This document shows, one piece after another, positions 1-12,500 of a stretch of DNA of 64,000 bases. Source of the stretch: Eledone cirrhosa. Its lineage: Eukaryota. How positions within the stretch are numbered: position 1 is the stretch's first letter; every line of letters begins with the position of its first letter. The notes under the pieces are model-generated. The model did not search any database, had not been told where the DNA came from, and saw nothing but the letters and a program-made list of their open reading frames with translations. The DNA lies in the NCBI GenBank assembly GCA_964016885.1, contig OZ024744.1, positions 8,680,001 through 8,744,000 on the forward strand, given 5' to 3'. The position numbers were made by a program, and so were the translations under genes.

Positions 1-2998
1 TGATCACCGTCGAGGAAGAGGTGGAGAAGTCGTAGCCTGAGTGCGTGTCTGCGCATCATCAGCCACAGCATGCCCAGCCCTCCACGTAGCGGGTGTTGAC
101 AGCAGGGTGTTGACCATCGGAGTGCGTTCCTTCCACAAAAAGCGAAATAGCAAACGCTCCAGCGCAGTCAAGATACGAGGGTCAGGCGGTAGTAGATGAC
201 GGACGCTATGTACGCGTTAGCCACCTCCGCTCGACCTTTCAGGGATAGTTTTCTCTCAGCCCATTTCTGCGTGATCCAATTCGGGAGATCCAATCGGTAC
301 CTGTCAGACAGTTCAAAACGCCTGAGCAGGTTGGTGAGGCTCTTGCACCCTCCACCCCTATCCGCTAATCCCACACAGTCCCAGCGTGCATCTAAGATCC
401 CGTTCCAGTCGCCCACTAACACTAAAGAGCGGGACGTTCCAAGAAAGGTCTCCAGACGCCGGAAGAAATCAGGCCGCCCTGCTCCTGTCGGGGCATAGAC
501 GGCCACTAGCCTGAAAGCTTGCCCGTCTCCGCTGGTCACGTCCACCACCACCAACTTACCTTCTGGGTCCAGGAAGATGGCCAGTATGGCGAGATCCAAA
601 CCTCTCCGAAAAAGCACAGCAACTCCTCCCCCCGATCCAGGAAAGGCTGGGAGATGCGTACACATCGTAGCCACCGAAGATCGGTGCGAAGGCCCGTGCT
701 TCGAAGATTCTGGTCTCGCTGATGGTCACTACATCTATGTTTAGTGACCTGAGGTCGTTGAGCAGGTGGCCCTGCTTCCATGACGACCCCAAGCCACGCG
801 CATTTATGCTGCCTATTCTGAGTGAGGTCATGTTGAAATGGAGTGGAAAAGATGGGAAAGACCACTTACCTTACTTCTCTTAGAGGAAGGATGGTTACTC
901 CATCCTCTTCACTGCTTGTGACCTCCTCCGGAAGGATGTCCTTATAAATCCTCCTGGAGAGTGCTTGTCGGAAGTCTCACATGTTTTTGGTGAATCTTTG
1001 TTTTAGTGTCGTGTGCGTTTTCTGTGTGATGCGAGTGATTTGTATGTGTGGAGGGGGTGTGAACTTTTGGGGTGTTGTATAGTCTTTTTCTGTGATGCTG
1101 GTGCTCTTTTGGATGTAGTGTAATAATTGGCTGTTGTTCAAATGTAATGCTGTGTAGCGTGTATCGTTTTGGTCGTTTTGTTTTGTTTGCGTTTGTTGTG
1201 GGTTTGTTTCTGTTTCTCTTTTTGGTGACCTTTGTGGTGTTGGTGATGGTGGTGTTGGGGTTAATGATGGTGATGGTGTTGGTGTTTGTGGTGATGGGGT
1301 TGGTAATGCTGGTGTGGATAGTGGCATAGCTGTCCTAACTTTTTTGTTTGATAGTTTATTTGTTCCCCTATGTATTTTGTTTTTGGAGGGGGGAAGGAAG
1401 GGGACTTTTTTCTTTTTTGGCTTCTTTTTCTTTTTTTCTTTTTTCCTGATACCGTTTCCCACTCTCCGTCGTCACAATCTGTTTCCAGTTGCGATAGGTC
1501 GGGGAGTGAAACATCCTCCACAGGCGTTTGTTTTGGTTGTGGCGTGGTGGATGGTGTAGGCGCTGGTGCTAGTTCTGGCGCGTTGGGTGGTGGTGGTGTT
1601 GGTTTTGCTACTGTTGCTGGGGTTGTTGCTGTTCCAGTTGCTTCTGTCGTTGCTGCTACAGTTGTTGCTGCCATCTCTGCTGCTGGTGGTGTTGATGGTT
1701 GAGTCACTGGGGTGGGTAAGAGAGGTGTCCTCAACCTTTTAGCCTGAGTCCAGAAAGCCCTTAGGTGGGTTCCTTCACCACAGACGACATACCTAGGCCT
1801 TCTGCCCTCGACGATTACGGTGAGGTGGCTGCCGTCAGTGAGGTCTATTACCTCTGGGATCTCCTCAACGCTTTTTTGGTCCGCTTGGATCAGGAGCTCC
1901 ATCCCAGATCCGGACCAGTTCTCCTGCTTTTCTTTTGCTATTTCGATTATCTTGGTGTTGGCATCGATGCCGGCGAGGACGGCAGCCATTAGCCAGGGAA
2001 TTTCGATGGCCGGTGGAACGTGGGTCACCCTGATCTTCAAGAGTCTCTGGCCACAATAGCTGGGGACGAGTGTGAAGTCGTCACTTCTTAATGGGGCCAT
2101 GGAGTGTTCTCTGGCCTCCTGTGGTGCTCCAAAGAACACGTCTACGGTTCCATATTTCACCCACGTCTGATGTGGGGTTTTTTTGCCCACACATATCCCA
2201 AAGCTTTTTGGATTTGGGACTCGGATGCCGTTCCACTCGGCGCGATTTTATGTTAATCGTCCGATAAGACACGGTGGATAGGCGCCGATGCTCCATTTTA
2301 TTAGGTGGGGGTTGAGCCTGACCCTGTACCCATCTTTCTTTACCATTCTCTTGGCTTCATCTAATTCCTCCTGAGTTACCTGGATTGCTTTGCACTTTTT
2401 TGCTGCTTTGGCAAAAGACAGGGTGGTTTTCTTATTCTCATTGTTGTTGTTGCTGTTGTTGTTATCGCTATTTTTGTTATTGTTATTTTTAGATTCGTCA
2501 GTGGTGTTCGGAGTGGAAGAGTCCATTCTGCGTGAATACATTTCGATGTCACAAGATAATTTATTTTTTTATTTTATTTCTTGTCTCGCTATGGTGCTGG
2601 TGGGGGTGGCGGGTTCAACACCTGCAGTCATTGGTAATGGCGGGAAATGAATGTCTGCATGAGACAAATTTAAATTATTGCTACTGCTTATATTTTTAGT
2701 GTTGGCAAACGTAGTAATATTTACAATGGTGGTGTCGGTGTGAAGTTTTAGATTGTGAGGAAGGTGTGGCTGTGAGTCGTCCATGATTTTTCAAAAGAAT
2801 TTTTTTGTTTGATAATTATAAAAGTTTAAATTTTGGGGTCAAGGCCTCAATCTTTTTAGTGTCCTTTTCCGGGAGAAAATTTTGTGATCTTATAAACAGT
2901 TAACAACAAAGATTTTCCATAAATGGCAATTTTAAAGAAACAAAAAACAACAAACCTTTGCGGAGCACACGATGATACGATTTACTACGTAGGTCGCC
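1..2998 (-). mobile_element. Tx1/L1-type non-LTR retrotransposon, family A, copy 1 (intact 5' end, internal deletion, 3' end outside window)
   Basis: 5' end GGCGACCTACGTAG at 2998 matches the copies at 13471 and 19324. Frameshifted ORF1 pieces (2784-977). APE motifs IGSINARGL, VAVYAP, LVGDWN. APE is joined directly to post-RT sequence near 275-285. Confidence 0.92.
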
Positions 2999-3009
2999 AA
3001 TAATAATAA

Positions 3010-3145
3010 TAATAATTGTTTCTACTTTTGGCACAAGGCCAGCAATTATCCAGTAGATTACTGGTACTTTATTTTATCGACCCCGTAAGGATGAAAGGCA
3101 AAATTAACCTCGGTGGGATTTGAACTCAGAATGGCAAGGACCGTA
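3010..3145 (-). mobile_element. tRNA-derived SINE, 5'-truncated
   Basis: Matches the 3' two-thirds of the SINE at 3597/5256/33817, including B box GAGTTCAAATCCC; embedded in (AAT)n. Confidence 0.85.
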
Positions 3146-3152
3146 ATAATAA

Positions 3153-3210
<58 letters not shown>

Positions 3211-3214
<4 letters not shown>

Positions 3215-3330
3215 TTTTCTTTATTAACCACAAGGGTTTACATAAAGTAGATATTAAGGACAGTACAGGACAATACAGGACGGTACAAATGGGCATTTCT
3301 GCGTGTAAAAAACAGAGGATGTAATAAAAT
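3211..3330 (-). mobile_element. Tx1 family A 3' UTR fragment
   Basis: Reverse complement of 22700-22807 (ACCCTTGTGGTTAATAAAGAAAAC); flanked by (AAT)n. Confidence 0.85.
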
Positions 3331-3371
3331 AACAAATAATAATAATAATAATAATGATCATAATAATAATA

Positions 3372-3556
3372 ATAATAGGAATAGATCGCATTTGTAAAAG
3401 CACTAGAGTAGATACCAATCAAATTGTTTGAGGCAGTCATTAAGTACTCCGGGGTGCGAAAAGTCCAGAGTAAACACAATGTTAAGAATGTGTAAACCCA
3501 TCAATAAAACGAAAACGAAAAAGTGGCCATTGTTCATAACCATAACAACGATAAAT

Positions 3557-3594
<38 letters not shown>

Positions 3595-3883
3595 ATAATT
3601 GTTTCTACTTTAGGCACAAGGCCAGCAATTACCCAGTGCATTACTGGTACTTTATTTTATCGACCCCGTAAGGATGAAAGGCAAAGTCAACCTCGGCGGG
3701 ATTTGAACTCAGATCGTAAAGGGACGTAACTATGCTACAAAGCATGGCGTCCGACCCTCTACCGATACTGCCAATCCACCACCCTTTATATATACAATAT
3801 AATGAAACTATATTTATAAAACCATAATTATTTGATTGGTATCTACTCTACTGCGTTTACAACTTCGATCTATACCTATTATT
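3372..3883. repeat. Module bounded by ~53-bp imperfect inverted repeats (3372-3424 / 3830-3883)
   Basis: AATAGGAATAGATCGCATTTGTAAAAGCACTAGAGTAGATACCAATCAAAT versus ATTTGATTGGTATCTACTCTACTGCGTTTACAACTTCGATCTATACCTATT. Confidence 0.8.
3597..3783 (-). mobile_element. tRNA-derived SINE, full length, with target-site duplication
   Basis: A-box-like TGGCAGTATCGG, B box GAGTTCAAATCCC, central GCCTTTCATCCTTACGGGGTCGATAAAATAAAGTACCAG (Meta-domain-like). TATATACAATATAAT is repeated on both sides. Confidence 0.9.
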
Positions 3884-3899
3884 GTTGTTATTATTATTA

Positions 3900-4478
3900 T
3901 TGTTCTTTGAGTCTCAGTCATTGGTGTTAGTTAACTGTAAAGTTTGTTGAAATGAATATGAAGCCAAAACCTGCAGCCTCAGATATTCAGGACGTATCGG
4001 AGGTTTCTTGCTGTTCCTAGCAAGCATGCCTTTTGAAGCGTTCCAAAAAGCGTGAAGGGGCTGTTTTTTCTTAGAGCCAAGCGCAACTGTTCAACTGTTA
4101 TATTTTCCCATGTTTGTTCCTGAAGGTGAGCTGTATCTTTCATTTGTCTGTCTATCCATGGAGCATGTATATTATGAACTTTTTCTTCGGCCCAGATCTT
4201 TTCCCAGAATTCTTGCACTTCCTCCTTGGGTGGTATTGATTTAGCAGTTATTGGTGACTTACCAATTTTTCTGTAGAAGTTTCTTTGGTTGTTTTTGAAC
4301 ATATTATTGTCCTTATAGAATCTAGATCATGTTTCAAAGGGCCTTATACGAGAAGCTTTGGCCGACACCTTTTGCTTGATTATTTCTATCAGCATGTCTA
4401 TGTCACTTTTTGATTTTATACTGTATTTTCTTTTCAATTTTCTAAGTTTAGTTTGCTTACCATGTTCACCTACTTTGT
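3900..4478 (-). mobile_element. Chimeric R4/Dong-type fragment: family-2 N-terminal piece (4061-4478) fused to family-1 3' end (3900-4060)
   Basis: ORF 3979..4302 matches 26074..27693 up to LRLALRK, then switches to [18 protein letters not shown] of 5570..7435. Confidence 0.85.
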
Positions 4479-4479
4479 A

Positions 4480-4528
<49 letters not shown>

Positions 4529-4530
<2 letters not shown>

Positions 4531-5225
4531 AGTTGCATTTATCTTGCTTTATGTTCATACGAGTTATCACCAAGTCACAACCTGTGACCTCAAGAGACAA
4601 CAAGGTCCGCCATGTTCAAGAAAGAACATACATATTCACACATACATCTTTAGTGTTTAGACTTGTGATGTACTTATATTGACAGAATCTTCCTTAGTAT
4701 ATGGGCAGTTCCCATTAGTACTATCTTTTGTATTTCTCCTATACGCCGGTTTCCTGGGATTTGCGATAAGTAATCATTAGACCCCTTAGGTATCATTCCC
4801 AGAGCGCCTACAACCACTGGTATTGTTTTAGTTCTCAATTTCCATATTTTTCCAATTTCTATCTCCAGGTCCTTATACTTGCTCAATTTTTCAAATGTTT
4901 TTATAGATACATTCTTGTCTATTGGAACAGACATATCAATTAGCAGGCATACCCTCTTTTTAAAGTCCTTCAATATTATATCAGGTCTATTTGCATCTAT
5001 TTTTCGGTCTGTTTGGATGCTAAAGTTCCACAAGATTGAGATGTGATCTTTTTCAAGTATGGGAGCTGGTTGATGCTCCCACCAATTCTTTTGATGGGGC
5101 AGGTCAAAATGCTTACACATTATCCAATGTATGTATTGTGCAGCTCTGTCATGCCTGTTTAGGTATTCGGTTGGAGCTATAGGACTGCACATTGAAATTA
5201 TACGGTCAATGGTCACTGGTTGTTT
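4529..5225 (-). mobile_element. R4/Dong-type non-LTR family 2, 3' fragment (restriction-like endonuclease plus 3' UTR)
   Basis: RHD, RPDII...LIDMSVP, KYKDL and PVVVGALG motifs; (ATT)n on both sides. Confidence 0.9.
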
Positions 5226-5255
5226 TATTATTATTATTATTTATTATTATTTATT

Positions 5256-5435
5256 TGGCAGTATCGGTAGAGGGTCAGACACCATGCTTTCCAGCATAGT
5301 TACGTCCCTTTACGATCTGAGTTCAAATCCCGCCGAGGTTGACTTTGCCTTTCATCCTTACGAGGTCGATAAAATAAAGTACCAGTAATGCACTGGGATA
5401 ATTGATGGCCTTGTGCCAAAAGTAGAAACAATTAT
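5256..5435 (+). mobile_element. tRNA-derived SINE
   Basis: Same family as 3597; ends GTAGAAACAATTATT in (ATT)n. Confidence 0.9.
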
Positions 5436-5441
5436 TTATTA

Positions 5442-5483
<42 letters not shown>

Positions 5484-5494
5484 GTTGTTGTTAT

Positions 5495-7465
5495 TCCTTG
5501 AATCTCAGTCATTGATGTTGGTTAACTGGAAAGTCCGTTGGAATGAATATCAAGCCACTACCTGCAGCCTCAGATATTCAGGACGTATCGGAGGGTTCTT
5601 GCTGTTCCAAGCAAGCATGCCTTTTGAAGCGTTCCAAAAAGCGTGAAGGGGCCAATTTTCATTAACCATCCCTGGAAACTTTTGGAGATAGTCCCCAGTG
5701 CGCCTATGACAATCGGGATCACTTTGACTTCATGGCAGTTCCAAATCCTTTTCACCTCCCACTTTAGGTCCTGGTATCGGTTAATTTTCTCCCTCTCCTT
5801 CTCTTGCACTCTCGTGTCGAACGGGCAGGCCACATCCACAATCAGACATGATCTTTTTTCCTTGTCCACAACCACCAGGTCAGGTCTATTGTGTTCCAGT
5901 TTTTTGTCCGTCTGTATCCTAAAATCCCACAGCACCTTCACCTGATTGTTCTCCATCACCGCCTCCGGCCTATGCTCATACCATTTCTCAGAATGTGGTA
6001 AATTGTTTACTTTGCACAGGTGCCAGTGGATCACCCTGCCCATCACATCGTGTCTCCAGCCCTTATAGTGGGTCTGGGCTAGGTGTTTACACTCGGACAC
6101 AATGTGAGCCACAGTCTCCTCTCTCTCTCCACAGATCCTGCACAGTGGGCTAGCCTCCTCCTTGTAAATATGGTGCTTCAACCACTTCGTTTTGAGGGCC
6201 TGCTCCTGCGCAGCCATTATCATTCCTTCTGTAGCCTTTTTGAGGTCTCCTCTTCTCAACCAGTTCCATGTCTGTGGATCTCTAAATTCAGTTTTCTCAA
6301 AGAAGGTACTATGAAGGGATTTTCCCTTAAGGCTGCTCTTCCTCCTTGATGTTATTTCCTCCTTGGACATCCCCTGGCCTACTGTCCCCTCCTTCAGTAC
6401 AGTTTTGAGCATTGGCTCCTTACTATAGGTCACGTATTTGTATAGGTTGTTTTTCTCCATCTGAACACAGTCCTCTATGCTGATAAGACCTCTTCCACCC
6501 TCAGATCTCCTTAGGTAGAGTCTATCGACATCACTCCTCTTGTGGAACATGTTGTAGATAGTCAATAGCTTCCTAGTCTTCCTATCCATTTCTTTTTGTT
6601 CAGCAACATTCCATCTCAGAATTCCCGCACTGTACCTAATAATAGACACAGCTCGGGAATTTACTGCGCTTATGGCATTTCTGCTGTTCAGATGTGACTT
6701 CAATACGCTCCTTACTCTCCGAATGTATTCAGTTCTTAACAATTCCTTCATTTTTTTGTTCTTTATGCCATCAGCCTCCAGAACGCCCAAATACTTGTAT
6801 CCTTCCTCAGAGTCAATTTCCTTTATCATCTCACCTGTTGGTATCTGGATCCCGCTACTTCTGCTCAACCTACCCCTCCTCATCACAATGACTCCACATT
6901 TACCAATACCAAACTGCATACATATATCACTGCTGAAAATACGGACAGTGTCAACAAGCACATCCAACTCCTTCTCACTTTTCCCGAAGAGCTTAAGATC
7001 GTCCATGAAGAGGAGGTGATTGATGGTAAGCTCTCCCCTTCCCAACTTGTATCCTGCTCTCACTTTTTGCAGCATAATGGTCAAGGGCATTAGGGCAAGG
7101 ACAAACAACAGAGGGGACAGGCTATCTCCCTGGAAGATACCTCTCTTGATCTTCACGCTTCCCAAGGATACTCCAGCTGATGTTAACTCTGTTTTCCAGG
7201 ATCCCATACTCCTGCCCAGCAACTGTCTGATGTTATCTGCCACCTTGAAGATCTCCAGGCTTTTGGTGATCCAAGAATGAGGCACCATGTCAAATGCCTT
7301 TCTGTAGTCTATCCATCCCATGGCAAGATCAGTGTGTCTCCTCCTGCAATTCCCCATTACCATCTTATCAATAAGTAACTGGTCCTTTGTACCACGTGAC
7401 TTCTTTCGGCATCCTTTCTGTTCGTTCGGTAACAAGTTGTTTGTGTGGAGGTGATGGTAGATTTT
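5495..7465 (-). mobile_element. R4/Dong-type non-LTR family 1, copy A (5'-truncated; open RT-CCHC-RLE ORF 5570..7435)
   Basis: [56 protein letters not shown]...IVDVACP; short 3' UTR then (AAT)n. Confidence 0.93.
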
Positions 7466-9573
7466 TGTTTACTTTGCATAGGTGCCACTGGATCACCCTG
7501 CCCATCACATCATGTCTCCAGCCTTTATAGTGAGTCTGGGTTAGGTGTTTACACTCGGATACAATGTGATCCACAGTCTCCTCTCTCTCTCTCCACAGAT
7601 CCTGCACAGTGGGCTAGCCTCCTCCTTGTAAATATGGTGGTTCAACCACTTCGTTTTGAGGGCCTGCTCTTGCGCAGGCATTAGCATTCCTTCTGTAGCC
7701 CTTTTAAGGTCTCCTCTTTTCAACCAGTTCCATGTCTGTGGATCTCTGAATTCAGTTTTCTCAAAGAAGGTACTATGAAGGGATTTTTCCTGAAGGTTGC
7801 TCTTTCTCCTTGTTGTTATTTCCTCCTTGGACATCCCCTGGTCTATTGTCCCCTCCTTCAGTACAGTTCTGAGCATTGGCTCCTTACTATCAGTCACGTA
7901 TTTGTGTAGGTTGTTTTTTTTTATCTGAACACAGTCCTCTATGCTGATAAGACCTCTTCCACCTTCAGATCTCCTTAGGTAGAGTCTATCGACATCACTC
8001 CTCTTGTGGAACATGTTGTAGATAGTCAATAGCTTCCTAGTCTTCCTATCCATTTCTTTTTGTTCAGCAACATTCCATCTCAGAATTCCCGTACTGTACC
8101 TAATAATAGACACAGCTCGGGAATTTACTGCACTTATGGCATTCCTACTGTTCAGATGTGACTTTAATACGCTCCTTATTCTCCGAATGTATTCAGATCT
8201 TATCAATTCCTTCATTTTTTTGTTCTTGATGTCATCAGCCTCCAGAACACCCAAATACTTGGTTCCTTCTTCAGTGTCAATTTCCTTTATCATCTCACTT
8301 GGATTCCGTTGCTTCTGCTCAATTTACCCCTCTTCATCACAAGGACTCCACACTTACTAATACCAAATTGAATACATATATCATTGCTGAAAATACGGAC
8401 AGTGTCAACAAGCACATCCAACTCCTTCTCACTCTTCCCGAAGAGTTTAAGATCGTCCATGAAGAGGAGGTGATTGATGGTAAGCTCTCCCTTTCCCAAC
8501 TTGTATCCTGCTCTCACTCTTCGCAGTATAATGATCGGGGGCATCAGGGCAAGGACAAACAACGGAGGGGACAAAATATCTCCCTGGAAGATACCTCTCT
8601 TGATCTTCACGCCTCCCAAGGATTCTCCAGCTGATGTTAACTCTGTTTTCCAGGATTTCATACTTTTGCTCAACAACTGTCTGATGTTATCTGCCACATT
8701 GAAGATCTCTAGGCTTTTAGTGATCCAAGAATGAGGCACCATGTCAAATACCTTTTTGTAGTCTATCCATCCCATGGCAAGACGAGTGTGTCTCCTCTTG
8801 CAATTCCTCATTACCATCTTATCAATAAGTAACTGGTCCTTTGACCACGGGACTTCTTTCGGCATCCTTTCTGTTCGTCCGGTAACAAGTTGTTTGTGTG
8901 GAAGTGATGGTAGATTTCCTCAGACACAATGCTTGTTAACAGTTTCCACATTACGGACAGACATGTAATAGGTCTATAGTTGGTAACATCATTACCCTTG
9001 ATTAGGTCTTTCATTACCAGAACTGTGGTATCTTTTGTCAACCACTCTGGTACCTCACCTGGCATCAAGCAGTCATTGAACATGATTGTCAGTTTCGGGT
9101 GGAGGGATGTTACATTTTTAATCCAATACCCCTGCACACCATCTGGGCCTGGTGATTTCCAGTTGGTTAGTTTTTTGGCCTGCCCCTTAAGAGTTTCAAC
9201 TGTGATACTCAAATCAGTTTGTTGGTGTGCCTGTTCACTAATCTCCTTTTATACTGTCTCAATCCACAGTGCTTGGTCATTATGTTTAACATCCTGCTCC
9301 CATATTCCTCTCCAGAATGTTTTAGTTTGTTCCGCCTCAGGGATCAAGTCGTTGCCTCTTTCTTTCCCTTCAAGCTGTCCAAACAACATCTTCTGGTTGG
9401 TGTCAAACATGCGGTTCTGTCTATACTGACTGACTCTGCTCTCGTATCGCCTAATTTTTGCACTCTTTGCTACAATACGGGCTTCAGTTCCTCTATGATA
9501 ATATTTAGCCTTTTCCTCCTAGTTTGTACTTTATTTCCAGTCTATTTTTAGTGTCTACTTTTTTTAGTGTCCC
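7466..9573 (-). mobile_element. R4/Dong-type family 1, copy B (frameshifted, truncated at both ends, fused to copy A)
   Basis: ORFs 8811..9212, 8290..8865 and 7541..8293 are colinear with copy A plus upstream WKSPGPDG and NYRPITCL. Confidence 0.9.
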
Positions 9574-9593
9574 ATTATTATTATTATTATTAT

Positions 9594-12500
9594 CCTCAAG
9601 ACGTGGGAACCATGAATGTGAAACCCACATCAAGACTTTTAAAGGGGCTCCCAAAAGAAACCTCACCAGCCATGGAGGTCGAACAACCCGACCTTCACAA
9701 GACCCCGGGAGGTAAGTAAACCTTCCCTCTCACTCTTAGCTTACCAATATAGCCATATTAAGAGTAGGAAGTTTAAATGTTCGCGGCTTGGTGTTACCCT
9801 GGAAGCAGGGACGCCTGCTCAACGACCTCAGGTCGCTGGAAATAGATGTGATTGCCGTCAGCGAGAACAGAATTTCCGACACTCGCGCACTAGCCCCCAT
9901 TTTCGACGACTATCAGGTCTTCGGATCGCATCTGTTAGCAGACCGGAAATGTGAGGTAGGGTGGCAGTGGTGTTTAGGAAAGGACTGGATCTCGAGGTAA
10001 GGTCGATCTTCCGGGACCCGGATGGTAAGTTGGTGGTTTGGATGTGAGCAGTAGCGAAGGTGGTGCCTTTAGACTGCTTTGCCGACTACGCGCGTACAGG
10101 GGCCGGACGACCGGACTTATTTAGGCACCTGGAGACCTTTCTGTGTACGTCTCGCCCTTTACTGTTAGCGGGGGACTGGAATGGCATCTTAGACGAACGC
10201 TGGGATTGTGTGGGAGTAGTCGATAGGAGCTAGGGGTGCAAAAGCCTCGAGCACCTAATCAGCCAGTTCCAACTGTATGACAGGTATCGACTAGATTTCC
10301 CCAATGTGCCAGTGTGGACATGGACCAACCGAATGGGGTCATCTAGATCGTATATAGACAGGATATTCATTAGGAAAATAGATAGAAATAGTGTGGGCTG
10401 CCCAATTTTTAAAATGGTCGCCTATTCAGATCACAAGTTTGTGATCTGTATGGTCGACCTAGATAAAACGCGTAGGTTGGGATCGAGTTACTGGAAGCTG
10501 AACATGTCATTTCCGGCACGTAAGGCTTACAGCGACCGAGTCAACAATTTAGTTAAGCAAAAGTTGACAGGGGGGATCATCAACAATAGATGGTGGGGGG
10601 CTCTCAAAAGAGAGATTAGAGTAATGTCGATAGAGTTTAGCAAAGAACTAGCGTTAGAGAAAAATAGAAAGGAGGCGGAGCTGGTAGATAAGTTAGACGA
10701 GGCTACTGGTAGTGGCATTGCAACTGACGTGCTAGCGGCGAGAATGGCATTAGACCATTTCTTCAATGCCAAACACGAAGGTTGCATTGTCAGAGCTAAG
10801 GCGCGTGCTCCGAGAAACGAGGGAACCAAAGCTGTTCGATGGGCCCGCGTGGCAGAGGCGCAGCGTGGTAATAAAACCACAATTCTTTGGCGGACCGAGA
10901 CGGACACGAGATAAGCGATTCCAAGCGGATGTGTGAGGCCTTTCGCCAGCATTTTGCTCGGTTGTTCGGGGAGAGTGGCGGGTCAGAGAGAGTAGCGGAT
11001 TTCAGTCCCTATCTTGACGGCTTGCCGCGCATCTCGACGGTCGACGCTGAGCGCTGCGAAAGGCCGATTACTTCAGCCGTGATTCAGGACGCCCTTGTCC
11101 GCTGCATAAGGTGCAAGTCACCCGGTTTGGATGGCCTGCCCTACGCGCTTTACGTAAATATGCCAGACTTGTTCTCCGAACTCCTCGAAGCACTTTACTG
11201 CAACTGGCAGCAGAATGGGAGTATTCCCATTTCTGTGAGCAGGGGAGTGGTGACGCTGATAAGGAAAGACGAGAACAAGAGGGATACATTAGACAACTTC
11301 AGGCCCATAACTCTGCTCAACACAGAGTTTAAGATTTTGGCCAAGGTGTTAGTAAAAGATTGGTGCTTGTCATCGAGGATTTGGTTGGGGAGGCGCAAAC
11401 TTGCGCAATCCCAGCCAGGTCCATACACGACAATCTCCACCTCATGCGATACATCATAGAGAGGGTAGGGTGTAAATCTGGTTTCGGTGGGGCACTGATC
11501 AATTTAGATCAATCAAAAGCATTCGATATGGTCGACCATCGGTATCTGGAGTTTGCCCTCAAAGCAGCTGGCTTCGGCCCTGTATTCAGAAGCTGGATGG
11601 CTTCAATGCACAGTGGCATACGCTCGGTGGTCAAGGTTAATGGCCACCTCTCGGAACCATACGGCTCTCCCGATCGGTCCGTCAAGGGTGCCCTCTCTGT
11701 TACCTTCTGTACGTATTGACTCTCGAGCCTTTACTGCGGAAGCTGGAGCTGTTTCAGGGCATCCCGCTCGAACCGGGACATGGAAAGGGGGTGTCGGCTT
11801 ATGCGGACGACATCACCGTGATGGTGCCGAACACCTTAGAAAACGAGGTGGTCGGCACCTTATTGAACGAATATGAAAGGTTGACAGGAGCCAAACTTAA
11901 CCCGCAGCTCGGAACCTGGAGAGCTAAGCCCATGCCGTCCAACAGCGTCGTGGGGCGTTGGACGGATGGACCGGTAAAGTTGCTTGGGGTTTGGTTCGGA
12001 CCAGACCTCCAGGTGGAAAAGAATTGGAACGAGGTAACGAGCAGAGTAGCCAGTCTCACCCAAAAATGGGCTGGGAGGAAGCTATCACAGAAAGGTCGCG
12101 CGGAGGTGGCGAATGCGTACATCGTGTCCGTCATCTACTACCGCCTGACAGTCGTGCCTTGCCCCCGTCCGCGCCTCGTCAATTTGGAACGGCTCCTCTT
12201 CAAATTCTTGTGGAGTGGACAAGTTCCGTTGGTGAGGCGGTCCATCTACTGCCAGCACCCTCTACGTGGAGGGCTGGGCGTGCCGTGGCTAATGATGCGC
12301 AGACATGCGTTGAGGCTGCGACATCTCCAGATATTCTGCCTCAACGGTGAACAGGTGTGCTCGCCGTTTATCAGACGGGACTTTCAGCAGCTCATTTCTT
12401 TGACTGAGTTGCAGTCCTGGGTCAAGAAGAGACCAATACTGGGTGCCTGGCACCTGGAATGTTGCCAGGCACTCACTGCCCTCTGCCAAGCGGGCAATGC

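Noticed and set aside
3597-3783. tRNA gene
   Set aside because: A and B boxes present but no cloverleaf; multi-copy SINE.
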